IMG/VR virus record: IMGVR_UViG_3300033073_000489
Location: 18,781 to 82,780 of that record
Origin: a virus
Lineage: Duplodnaviria; Caudoviricetes
Reading direction: 5' to 3' (one strand)
DNA: 64,000 bases
A program made the position numbers and the translations under genes. Position 1 is the stretch's first letter, and each line of letters begins with the position of its first letter. This document shows, piece after piece, positions 50,843 to 59,928 of this stretch. Below the pieces are notes generated by a model. The model was not told the origin of the DNA. It made no database searches and saw only the letters and a list, made by a program, of their open reading frames with translations.

Positions 50843-51381
50843 TATAGAGTCTCCCCGCCTACTGTGCGGTTACATGCACATAGCTCGCCTGTTTGTAGCG
50901 CATCTAGAACACGAAGTGTTTCTTCTGGGCTACGACCAACGTTCAAGTTGTTAACAGTAACGTGCTGGATAACGTTTTCTGGGTCAACGATGAATGTTGC
51001 GCGAAGTGCGGCACCTGCTGGAGCATAGAATACACCTAGTTGTTCGATCAAGCTCAACTCGCCGCGCTGTGTGTCTGCGAACTGTGTATGTGTAATCTTC
51101 TGTAGGTCTGGGTGTGCTTTTTGCCATGCTACTTTGCAGAACTCATTGTCTGTGCTACCTGTGAGCAATACTGCATCACGGTCAGCAAAGTCGCCTGCTA
51201 GTTTGTCATAGGCTACAATTTCTGTAGGACAAACGAATGTGAAGTCTTTTGGATAGTAAACGATTACTTTCCACTTGCCAGCAAAACTTTCATCGGTAAT
51301 ATCGAAGAAAGCATCTTCTGGTTGTCCTGGCTTAACACCAGTAATTGCGAATTTTTCTAATTTATGTCCAACTGTTTTCAT
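50842..51381 (-). CDS. ahpC: Peroxiredoxin AhpC
   Basis: YPKDFTFVCPTE, VGRSPEETLRVLDALQT. Confidence 0.95.
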   Translation of the reverse strand: MKTVGHKLEKFAITGVKPGQPEDAFFDITDESFAGKWKVIVYYPKDFTFVCPTEIVAYDKLAGDFADRDAVLLTGSTDNEFCKVAWQKAHPDLQKITHTQFADTQRGELSLIEQLGVFYAPAGAALRATFIVDPENVIQHVTVNNLNVGRSPEETLRVLDALQTGELCACNRTVGGETL

Positions 51382-51528
51382 ATCATTCTCCTTTTAGTGT
51401 GTGTTGAAAACTTTAAGAACTGTTTGTTCCATGTTCTTATTGTAATAGTATTTAATAATTAAATCAACGGTTTTTATAGATTTTTTCAATAATTATTTTA
51501 ATAACGCTTATAGGAAAAATCAATAACA

Positions 51529-51550
51529 AAAAGGGCCCGAAGGCCCTTTT
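51529..51550 (-). terminator. Intrinsic terminator
   Basis: AAAAGGGCC-UUCG-GGCCCTTTT. Confidence 0.85.
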
Positions 51551-51564
51551 GAATCTAAGTTTGA

Positions 51565-52017
51565 TTAGAACGAATATTTCAAACCAGCAGTTACAACGTT
51601 ACCGTCGAACGAGCTAACACGGTTCTGACCGTATTGACGATCAACTGACAAAGTTGCCGCTACATTTTTTGCAAGCGGAGCAACTGCGCCAACACCAACT
51701 GTGACAGCCGAACCGTCTTCGCCAGTTTGGTTATTCAAGTAAGCATAGCCAACACGGCCTGTTAGGCTAACTGGACCTGCTTTGAATACCTCACGACTAC
51801 CGACCAATGTAACACGAGTTTGGTCGTTAGCTTCGCGATTGAAGCGGCTAAGACCTGCGGTTACATTGTAAGCGCCAAAGTTCTCACCAACGGTGACACC
51901 ATAACCATAACGGTTTGGATTTGGAGTTGTTTGGTCAACTGCGGTAACGCCTACTTCGATTGCTGAAGCTGCGATTGCGGCTGTTGCCAAGATTGTTGCG
52001 ATTGCAAATTTTTTCAT
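51565..52017 (-). CDS. Outer-membrane beta-barrel protein
   Basis: Signal peptide, alternating beta strands, C-terminal KYSF. Confidence 0.8.
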   Translation of the reverse strand: MKKFAIATILATAAIAASAIEVGVTAVDQTTPNPNRYGYGVTVGENFGAYNVTAGLSRFNREANDQTRVTLVGSREVFKAGPVSLTGRVGYAYLNNQTGEDGSAVTVGVGAVAPLAKNVAATLSVDRQYGQNRVSSFDGNVVTAGLKYSF

Positions 52018-52101
52018 AATACTTCCTTTAAAACATGACTCTGTGTCATTGCGTTATTATATAGTAGTAAAACTACAAGAGCAAGATATTTTCACTCCAA
52101 A

Positions 52102-52674
52102 TTAACTATACTCAAATGGTGTGCTAGGGTGTCCATAGTCTACCTTAATGTCATCGCCTTTAATGTTATCATACTCTGTATAATAAGACTCATTTGGCTT
52201 TACTTCATGCCAGTCATTGTATTTGATTTGAGCTAGCATGACTTCCTTTTTACTCAAGAGATCACAAATAATAAATGTGCTAGAACATCGACCTTGGATA
52301 GTTTTAAATGGGCTATGTTTGTATTCGTTTTGTAACAGTCCTTTATGGATGCCACTACCGGGACGAAACATAATCCGTGTGATGCCCAACTTCTGATTGC
52401 GAAGTCTAAATTTATCGTAGATGGTGAGTTCTGTTAATGTAGCTTCGTTGTCATCGCTAACACGCAGGAGTGCGTTCTTAACTTTGATGCTACCTTTGGT
52501 ATGACTGTTGTCGGGTGTTTCCTTAGTGCTCCAAGGAATGCTACAGTCTACATGATTGACATATAATGTCTCCCCATGAAATTTTAAGACCCACATGGGA
52601 ACAGTTTGGTCTTCTAAGTGTTTTTTATTAAAATGGAACACTACGTCCTTACAAGCATATTCAATCTATTTCAT
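52102..52674 (-). CDS. Conserved-looking phage protein with in-frame TAG at codon 3
   Basis: GGAGA-N6-ATG AAA TAG ATT GAA TAT GCT TGT AAG GAC GTA GTG TTC CAT, in frame with track ORF 52102-52641. Confidence 0.6.
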
Positions 52675-52677
52675 TTT

Positions 52678-52824
52678 TTATCTCCAAGTTTTTTGTGCGA
52701 TCCAATGTTGGATCTCCTGAACCTTCCATGCTAGCCCCCATGGCAACATGAAAGGAATTTTATTTCCATTAGGAGTATACATAGTTTTACCATCGTTGTC
52801 GACGCCCATCAATCCAATAAACAT
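52678..52824 (-). CDS. Small hypothetical protein (48 aa)
   Basis: GGGAGA SD; MFIGLMGVDNDGK...KTWR. Confidence 0.55.
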   Translation of the reverse strand: MFIGLMGVDNDGKTMYTPNGNKIPFMLPWGLAWKVQEIQHWIAQKTWR

Positions 52825-53011
52825 AAGTTTCTCCCTTGTTGGATATTTAGTATAACATCTTATTTAAAATAAGCAAGAACGGCTTTTATCAAAAGTAAGG
52901 CTCCGAATATTGCCATTAAGCAAATTCCCCAAATGATCATTATAGCTTTAATAATTCCGTTATCTGCTAATCTATATAGCCATCGTTGATGTGTTGGTTT
53001 ATCGTGGTGAC

Positions 53012-53794
53012 TCATCTTCCGGTCCATATTTTTGGCTCTGCATCTCTTCTTCTTTGTTCCTCAGTCTTAGGCATCCAACCAGTTCCTAAGTGCGGATATT
53101 TCTGTATACGATCTTCTACCACTAAAGCAAATGCTACTCCAACGGATGATGCAAGGAATAGAGCGCCTACTCCTAATGCAATATCAATATGTATACGGTC
53201 CATACGCTTTCTACGTTTAAGTCTAGCCGCATACTCATCTTTCATTTGTTTGGCAATGAGCACTTCTTGCTCAGCCCCCATTACTTTCATCATCTCAGAT
53301 ACTTCAGTGTATAGTGCGCCTAGCTCTGGAGGACTTTGATAAACCATTAGTTCACGAAGTTCTGTCCCCATTTGCTCTAATTGCTTACGCATTAGAATAC
53401 GTTGCAAGGCACGTTTGCCTATACTAGCATCACCTGTGTAGACTTCGTTATGGGCACGTTTTTCTTCTTCGTTAAAAATAGCAAGACACTTGTAATAGTT
53501 GTCGTAGTATTGACCTAAGTGTTCGCCAATCTCTGCGTAGACGCCAGTTGTTTCTCCAGCGTTAGCTTTTTTGTTAAGTTCAATAACTTCATTCTTTTGT
53601 TTAATAAAGTTATTCTTTTGTTCAACCGTAGGAGGTTTGTCTGGAGGATGCAATTTCTTAAATTGCTCATCCATATCTTTGATGACGTCCTTAACTTCCC
53701 CGGCCGCACCTTTAATATCTCTATATAGTTTACACCCTGCCTTAACTGCTGAAACCGCTCCGTTAGCAAGGGCAAATAGCGTCATTGGATCCAT
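53012..53794 (-). CDS. Coiled-coil membrane-anchored hypothetical protein
   Basis: MDPMTLFALANGAVSAVK N-terminus, helical core, C-terminal TM segment. Confidence 0.7.
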   Translation of the reverse strand: MDPMTLFALANGAVSAVKAGCKLYRDIKGAAGEVKDVIKDMDEQFKKLHPPDKPPTVEQKNNFIKQKNEVIELNKKANAGETTGVYAEIGEHLGQYYDNYYKCLAIFNEEEKRAHNEVYTGDASIGKRALQRILMRKQLEQMGTELRELMVYQSPPELGALYTEVSEMMKVMGAEQEVLIAKQMKDEYAARLKRRKRMDRIHIDIALGVGALFLASSVGVAFALVVEDRIQKYPHLGTGWMPKTEEQRRRDAEPKIWTGR

Positions 53795-53831
53795 TATACC
53801 GCTCCTGGATCATAATACTATTATTTAATAA

Positions 53832-53853
53832 AAAAGGGCCCGAAGGCCCTTTT
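53832..53853 (-). terminator. Intrinsic terminator
   Basis: AAAAGGGCC-UUCG-GGCCCTTTT, same as 51529. Confidence 0.85.
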
Positions 53854-53873
53854 AGGATAGTTAAGTGCGTATA

Positions 53874-54638
53874 TTACGCAAATATTTCTAATGCAGTTCC
53901 GCACTCGACACAAAACTTAGCATGAGCTTTGTTTTGCTTGCCGCAAGTTACACACTTGGGCTTATGCTTAACTGTAACAGGTTTTACTACAGGTTTGTTA
54001 TCACCCAAGTCGCCGACTAGTTTCAACACAATGTTGTGAATAGTAGGATCAAGTGCGCCCATTGTAACTGTAGTGAAGCTCTGTGTTGACTTACTACCGG
54101 GAACAGTAATACCAGTTTCGTTCTTAAAGCTAGCGGCTTGTGCTGATACATTTACACTATTGAGTGTAGCACCGGATGCTGTAACAGAACTATAGGTTGC
54201 GCTCATTGGACCGGCCCAGTCTCCTGTGCTACCGCTAATACCACGAAGGGTAGTATTACTCCACAAAGGTTGGATGACAGGGCGTGAGATCTCAAATTGA
54301 TATTCGATGCGAACAAGGCCATCTTCTAGTTTAATGCCGCGTGGGCCGTCTTCGATTGCCTGTGTGCGTTCAATGAACTTAAATTTGTTACCTTCGGAGA
54401 GATTGCCGTTTTTAATCCAACGCTCTAAGTCGACAGTCCGACCCGGGTCTACAACCAATCCGCCGGGAACGACATTCTCTCCGTCGATAAACACATTTAC
54501 GACAGCACGAACAGTATTGAGGTTTTTGAGTAAGATGCTATATTCGCTTGCAAATGGAATATAGACTGTGTCCTTAAATTCACGTAGGACTTTTCCGTTG
54601 GCTTTTACGCTCGCCACGAGCTTTTGATTATACATCAT
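53874..54638 (-). CDS. Hypothetical protein with C-terminal zinc ribbon
   Basis: EYSILLKN N-domain; CVTCG...FCVECG. Confidence 0.75.
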   Translation of the reverse strand: MMYNQKLVASVKANGKVLREFKDTVYIPFASEYSILLKNLNTVRAVVNVFIDGENVVPGGLVVDPGRTVDLERWIKNGNLSEGNKFKFIERTQAIEDGPRGIKLEDGLVRIEYQFEISRPVIQPLWSNTTLRGISGSTGDWAGPMSATYSSVTASGATLNSVNVSAQAASFKNETGITVPGSKSTQSFTTVTMGALDPTIHNIVLKLVGDLGDNKPVVKPVTVKHKPKCVTCGKQNKAHAKFCVECGTALEIFA

Positions 54639-54723
54639 TTTTCTTCCTTTTTACTGGCTACACTCTAAAGCCATATTAATTTAAAGAGTGTTGGTTGCGG
54701 ACCTTCCGCAAATTTATTTAGTA

Positions 54724-54963
54724 TTACATTAGAGAACCAGGTATAACATTGAACAATGCATCTCCTGCTCTTTGATCAAAAGGAACACCGTTTCCTGCAA
54801 TATATTGTGCATCAGAACGTTCGTTCTGTCCTTGACCGACACCAATGTAGTATTTGAAGTTAGCTTCACCGGTTTGGCGGTATGTATCGCGTTCATGCTC
54901 TTGAACAATCTGCACAATGCCAATACACTCGTTACCTGCAAACCAAATTTGATTAGTAATCAT
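54724..54963 (-). CDS. Hypothetical protein
   Basis: 79 aa, CIGIVQ...KYYIG. Confidence 0.6.
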   Translation of the reverse strand: MITNQIWFAGNECIGIVQIVQEHERDTYRQTGEANFKYYIGVGQGQNERSDAQYIAGNGVPFDQRAGDALFNVIPGSLM

Positions 54964-54976
54964 ATAAAATGTTTAG

Positions 54977-55051
54977 TGGTGCGCTAGACAGGATTCGAAC
55001 CTGCTACACGGCGGTTTAGAGTCGCCTACCCTTCCAACGGGAGACTAGCGC
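54977..55051 (-). tRNA. Amber suppressor tRNA (anticodon CUA)
   Basis: GCGCUAG/CUAGCGC-ACCA, GGCGA-CUCUAAA-CCGCC, canonical T arm. Confidence 0.85.
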
Positions 55052-55058
55052 ACGTTAA

Positions 55059-56030
55059 TTACTTTTGAGCAAAGGGCCAAGCACCTGCTTCAACTTTTGC
55101 TGTTGTATAGCGATAACGTTCGTTGCCGCCATACTTGCGATCGTCTGTGCCTTTTTCAAAGCCTTCGCGGTAGTCACGACGGTCTTTACCAAAGTGGTCA
55201 TCAGTTGCATTGTAGCTACCTTGCCAACCTGCTGAATAGCCTGCATAGAACGGGCTGTTACCCAACTTAGGACCTGCATATACAGGCTTGCTACCGACTG
55301 CTGTAGACTGCACAGGCTTAGTGAACGCATCTTCCGGCTCAACGTTCAGTTCACCGATCACCTCGTAGCGGCAAGCACGACCCTTAGCTTGATTGTAGTC
55401 GCTTGGGATACTGACAACGTCACGTGGGTTAACCTTGACAATAACTGTGCGAGCACCACCGAAGCTAGACAAGTAGCTCATGCCACAGAAGTGCAAACCT
55501 GTTGAACAAGTTTCGTCTTTGTTGTCGTTAACTTCGTGGCGTTCCATCTCAACAACATTACCAACGGAGTTATCCATTGTGCCGCTATGAACGTCAAAGT
55601 AGTTATCACGAACTTTCTTGTATGCCAGGAAGTGGCCGTCTGGAGTAATCGGCAATGCGTTCTTTTCCAAGAAGCCATACAGTTCTGTAACTGCACGGTG
55701 ACTTGGGTTTTGATACAAGTTCTCCATGAAGTTAACCATTGGCTCAATTGGGAAGCCATCTTGCAACATTTGGATCATACGCACCGACAAGCCAGTGTTC
55801 AGTTCCTTACCTTTCCAGAACAACGTTTCACCTTGGATAGACACATTGCCTTGTCCGTAGTTCAACACGACCTTCTTAGGTTCGATAATATCGGGCAAGG
55901 CATCCCAGTCCTCTGCCTTGATTGCGTCCAACACCTTTTGATAAGTGATGTGCGTCTTGCTAACGGTGTGCGATTTATTGCCAATAACGACAACAATGTT
56001 ATTACCTTGAATCAAATATGGGTAAGCCAT
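55059..56030 (-). CDS. rIIB-like protein
   Basis: Start MAYPYL; PITPDGHFLAYKKV, CSTGLHFC, VKVNPRDVVSIPSDY...RACRYEV. Confidence 0.85.
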   Translation of the reverse strand: MAYPYLIQGNNIVVVIGNKSHTVSKTHITYQKVLDAIKAEDWDALPDIIEPKKVVLNYGQGNVSIQGETLFWKGKELNTGLSVRMIQMLQDGFPIEPMVNFMENLYQNPSHRAVTELYGFLEKNALPITPDGHFLAYKKVRDNYFDVHSGTMDNSVGNVVEMERHEVNDNKDETCSTGLHFCGMSYLSSFGGARTVIVKVNPRDVVSIPSDYNQAKGRACRYEVIGELNVEPEDAFTKPVQSTAVGSKPVYAGPKLGNSPFYAGYSAGWQGSYNATDDHFGKDRRDYREGFEKGTDDRKYGGNERYRYTTAKVEAGAWPFAQK

Positions 56031-56031
56031 T

Positions 56032-58203
56032 TTAAATACCTTTCTGTGTGTCAACCATGTTAACATATTCGGCAACTTCTGCGTTAGGGGCACTACGCAA
56101 GTAGGCCAGCAACGGATACCGTTTGTCAATGGTTGCACATTCATCAACAAACTTTTGAACAAAAGCCTCTGGGCTAAAGTTAACGCCGGGGGCATAACGA
56201 TTGCACAAACGCTTCAAACTGTGTTCGCTATAACGAATCTTTTCGTAGCCCTTAAATTGATTAACCAATTTCAAATATGGGCTATTAGGATTAGCAATAG
56301 CGTCAACGATATTAGCAGTATAACTGAGCAAGTTAAAATTGTCAACAGCCTGCATTACCAAACTCATCATTAATTTATGATCAACGACTTTCAATTGGCT
56401 TGCAATGTGAGTTTCAATGTTAACCCAATTCTTCTTGTTCTTGATAGCGTTGATATCGCTCTTACGAACACCGTAGATAGTCTGCTTCAGACCAGTAACA
56501 CCGCACTCCTTCAAATCGTTGTAAAACTCTTTGACATTAGACATGCTGTAGTTACTTTGAACTGTGTAGCCGCTCAAAGGCAAGTAGTAGAAAGTTTCTT
56601 GGTCGCTGAATGTGTCCAGCTTGCCTGCATCTTTCCAAACCATTTCTTTTTCACGATAGTATCCACCGTAGCCACGTTCTTGCATTACCAAGATTGTAAC
56701 GTTCTTGCCCAAGCCAGAATCAACACGATCTTTCTTCAAAAGCGCACTCGCCACATGACGTGTATTTTCAGGTGGGTTAGACAGCATCTTAAAGAATGCC
56801 TTTGTGTTTACAGGCTTAGTCCGGTCATATGCTTCGATAACAAACACTGATTGGCTATATGGGCCGTTAGGATCAGCAACTGTGTTTCTCCAGTGATACT
56901 TAGCACGTTCCAACGCACCAACATTTGTATCGTTTACAACAAAATTAATACCTGCTTGAACAGGAATAACCCAAGAATAAATTGTCTTCACAGGAGTTGT
57001 GGAACGATCGTGTTCAACACACTCTTTCAAAGAAGAACAAGCGGCATTACCGCGGCTCTTTGTAAAGCCACGAATAATCATATTGTATTTGGTCTTCAGC
57101 ATGTCAACATCCAAGTTGAAACGCTTCAAAGCATTATAGCCACCGTGCTTGCCAGGTGCATACAATTCAAACTTAGTGTCCGCAATGTATTTGTTTACTG
57201 CCGCTTGCCACAAGTATGAGTCGCCTTTCTTTTGCAAGAACAACGCACGATCCCACAGGTTAGTGATAGCATCAGCTTCTTTGGCCAACACAGTAGTCAA
57301 AGCAACATTAAGGGCTTCTAGCTTCTTCTTGATAGCAGCCACAGTTTCTGGAATATAGCTCAAGCCTTCACGTGACGCTTGGAAGTCCAATTCGCCAATG
57401 TCAAAGTGCATTTCCAAACCACAGTTCAACAAGTTGCGAACATGCGCCAATGTTTTGTCTGCGTCTGGGATTTGAATAGGGTATGCAATATTGCCCATAA
57501 TAGCTGTGCTACTACGGGCGCCTTTGTAGGAATGCACACCCGGAATAATATTCTTGCTTTCGTATTCAACATCTGCAAATTTAAAATCTGCATTGCCAGA
57601 AATAACAGGGCGCAATGTAAAGTAAGTGTAAACTTGGCGAGCTTCTTGACGGAACTTGTCAAAGTCGTAACGATCGTTGACGCTGAACTTAACTTCAACG
57701 CCAGCAGGCTCATTGGTCGCTTCAGTCATCATTTGTGCAATACTAGGCACACCTTGCTCGTTAATAAAAGCGGTGTAGATGCCTTTTACGCCATCTTTGA
57801 TAGCGGTTACTGTGAAGTTATCCGTGTAAGAAAATGGTGACTTTGAGCCAAGACCAAGAGCACCAATAAAATCATTGCTACCAGTTTTAGTGGATTCAAA
57901 ATAAGTTGTATAAATGTTTGTAACTTGTTCATGAGAAAGGCCTGTGCCATAGTCGCGAATGGAGAACCAAGGTTCCAACGTATTTGGAAGATGGACATCA
58001 AATGGAGTATCTTGTTTGCCTGCGGCAACGTGTGAGTCAACTGCATTACAAGACAGTTCACGAACGATAGCACGGATCTTGTTAGCATACAAGCCCGAAC
58101 TCAAAATGTTAAATGCTTTCGCAGAATTGCGAATACGGAACTCGCCGATTTCACCAACGTTAGAAACAATAGCTTCGTTAACTGGAGCATTGTTGAGAAT
58201 CAT
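56032..58203 (-). CDS. rIIA-like protein (GHKL ATPase N-domain)
   Basis: RELSCNAVDSH, IRDYGTGLS, STK, GALGLGSKS. Confidence 0.88.
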   Translation of the reverse strand: MILNNAPVNEAIVSNVGEIGEFRIRNSAKAFNILSSGLYANKIRAIVRELSCNAVDSHVAAGKQDTPFDVHLPNTLEPWFSIRDYGTGLSHEQVTNIYTTYFESTKTGSNDFIGALGLGSKSPFSYTDNFTVTAIKDGVKGIYTAFINEQGVPSIAQMMTEATNEPAGVEVKFSVNDRYDFDKFRQEARQVYTYFTLRPVISGNADFKFADVEYESKNIIPGVHSYKGARSSTAIMGNIAYPIQIPDADKTLAHVRNLLNCGLEMHFDIGELDFQASREGLSYIPETVAAIKKKLEALNVALTTVLAKEADAITNLWDRALFLQKKGDSYLWQAAVNKYIADTKFELYAPGKHGGYNALKRFNLDVDMLKTKYNMIIRGFTKSRGNAACSSLKECVEHDRSTTPVKTIYSWVIPVQAGINFVVNDTNVGALERAKYHWRNTVADPNGPYSQSVFVIEAYDRTKPVNTKAFFKMLSNPPENTRHVASALLKKDRVDSGLGKNVTILVMQERGYGGYYREKEMVWKDAGKLDTFSDQETFYYLPLSGYTVQSNYSMSNVKEFYNDLKECGVTGLKQTIYGVRKSDINAIKNKKNWVNIETHIASQLKVVDHKLMMSLVMQAVDNFNLLSYTANIVDAIANPNSPYLKLVNQFKGYEKIRYSEHSLKRLCNRYAPGVNFSPEAFVQKFVDECATIDKRYPLLAYLRSAPNAEVAEYVNMVDTQKGI

Positions 58204-58244
58204 TGTAAAGCCTTTCTGTGCCTGTGTGTTTAATTTATGTATAT

Positions 58245-58273
58245 ATTATAGCAAGGATTGAGCAATGTGTCAA
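58245..58273 (-). promoter_or_regulatory. sigma70-type promoter
   Basis: TTGACA-N17-TATAAT. Confidence 0.85.
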
Positions 58274-58668
58274 TCACTAATTGCTCTGCGGAACACCAAT
58301 TCTTGTTTTGCAAACGCATCTTGTTCCCAGGGCTGATCCAAATATTTGGTTTTTTTGGAAAACTGTTTGCCGTTCCAAATTGTTCCTTTTGGGCCCGATT
58401 TAAGAATCCCCTTAGCCATTTGACGAACATGGACCATTTCGTGCGCAAGGGTAATACCCATTGCTTCAATTTTGGCAGGATTAACTACAACCAAATATGT
58501 GTCAATTTCGTCCATGGGTATAGTAACACCCTGGCTATCGATCTTGTCCGTTTTTACAATTAGAAACTTACGGCTGTTTGTAAGTTTGAGCTGTTTAATC
58601 ATAGAAGGCAAAATGGCTTCAAAAAACTTACGTGTCTTTTGGCTACGTGCTTCAACTACAAATTCCAT
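58270..58668 (-). CDS. HExxH metallopeptidase-like protein
   Basis: TLAHEMVHVRQ...YLDQPWEQDA. Confidence 0.75.
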   Translation of the reverse strand: MEFVVEARSQKTRKFFEAILPSMIKQLKLTNSRKFLIVKTDKIDSQGVTIPMDEIDTYLVVVNPAKIEAMGITLAHEMVHVRQMAKGILKSGPKGTIWNGKQFSKKTKYLDQPWEQDAFAKQELVFRRAISD

Positions 58669-58696
58669 TTTGGACTTTCTTTGTTTCTATGTATGT

Positions 58697-58725
58697 ATTA
58701 TACAGTCAAAAGAACAGGGTGTCAA
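58697..58725 (-). promoter_or_regulatory. sigma70-type promoter overlapped by an inverted repeat
   Basis: TTGACA-N17-TATAAT; ACAGGGTG-TCAAG-CACCCTGT at 58714-58734. Confidence 0.85.
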
Positions 58726-58755
58726 GCACCCTGTCTTATTTTGGACTAGCTCTGA

Positions 58756-59847
58756 TCAAAAAGCATCGTAGTAGCTGTAGCTCTTTTCCTTGACCTTGTT
58801 AAGGACCAAAGTAGTGCCGTCCTTGCTTACAAAGACAAACTTACCAGTTTGGCTGTCAATCTTTGTAAGGTCGGCTGGGCTGAAACGAATTCGTTCCCAA
58901 TCCCAATCAAAGTCTCCTTCGTCGTTCTTTTCGTCATCGTAAGATTTGAAGTGAACGCTGACTTGACCTTGGAGTGGGTTACCGCTCCATTCTTGGCTTT
59001 CCAGATCGGTGTCTTCCAGTTCTTCGCCGTCCTTGATCAACTTGATTGTGAACTTGTTGCCTGAATCAAATTCTGGCTTAACGTTCAACATACGCAGAGC
59101 ATCTTCTGGCGATTCGTCGTAACGGTTCATTTCTTCAACAGTTGCTTTCAACATGTCGAAGTTGAACTGTGCAAACAATGCCGCGATTTGGCACAGTTTT
59201 TCAGTGTGCTTCAACAGAGCCGGCTTCAAATTGTCATTACAATATTCTGTAATGAAGTTTGCATCCAAGCCTTTGTAGTCAATCATATAGAACAAGCGAC
59301 CAGGACGATTACGCATGTGTTGGTCAATACGCCACTTGTCGTTGCAAGTCAAGACAAACAACTTCTTGCTTGGGAATACGCCGTCAAGCAAAGTCAATGC
59401 CTGTTCTTGGCTGTCGCTATCATAGACCTTTTCAAACTCGTCAAACAGGACTACGCATGGTTGTTCGATCATCTGCATGAACGCATTAAACTTGTCACCA
59501 ACCCAAGGAGCATTGATAACGATAGTTGGAATTTCCAAACGCTTTGCGGCTTCAATTGCCAAGTTCTTAGCCAGCAATGACTTACCGGAACCTTTTTCAC
59601 CTGCTAGCATAACACCAGTAGATGAGCTACGATCCATGAACGTATTCAAAATACGGTCAGTGTTCTTGTCAAGGTCGCCGTAACGCTTACCCTTAATTTC
59701 AAATGATTCAATGTGTTCAAGATAAAGAGGACCATCCATTGGCATCTCTTTAACTACGTAATTACCTGCGGGCAACTTTTCGTGAAGATCCATAGCTTCT
59801 TTTGTAGAAACTCGGAACGTGTTACCTGACTTCAGAAAATAAGACAT
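58756..59847 (-). CDS. AAA+ ATPase
   Basis: GEKGSGKS, VLFDEFEK, NRPGR. Confidence 0.9.
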   Translation of the reverse strand: MSYFLKSGNTFRVSTKEAMDLHEKLPAGNYVVKEMPMDGPLYLEHIESFEIKGKRYGDLDKNTDRILNTFMDRSSSTGVMLAGEKGSGKSLLAKNLAIEAAKRLEIPTIVINAPWVGDKFNAFMQMIEQPCVVLFDEFEKVYDSDSQEQALTLLDGVFPSKKLFVLTCNDKWRIDQHMRNRPGRLFYMIDYKGLDANFITEYCNDNLKPALLKHTEKLCQIAALFAQFNFDMLKATVEEMNRYDESPEDALRMLNVKPEFDSGNKFTIKLIKDGEELEDTDLESQEWSGNPLQGQVSVHFKSYDDEKNDEGDFDWDWERIRFSPADLTKIDSQTGKFVFVSKDGTTLVLNKVKEKSYSYYDAF

Positions 59848-59885
59848 GAAAAATCCTTAGTGTGTCTTTGTTAATGTATGCGCTA

Positions 59886-59914
59886 ATTATAACAGGGGCT
59901 CAGGCCCCTGTCAA
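59886..59914 (-). promoter_or_regulatory. sigma70-type promoter with palindromic spacer
   Basis: TTGACA-N17-TATAAT; ACAGGGGC-TCAG-GCCCCTGT. Confidence 0.85.
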
Positions 59915-59928
59915 CTGTATTTTACAGT

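Noticed and set aside
54977-55051. tRNA-Pyl
   Set aside because: Has a canonical T loop, D-loop GG, 5-bp anticodon stem and A73; no pyl genes are visible.
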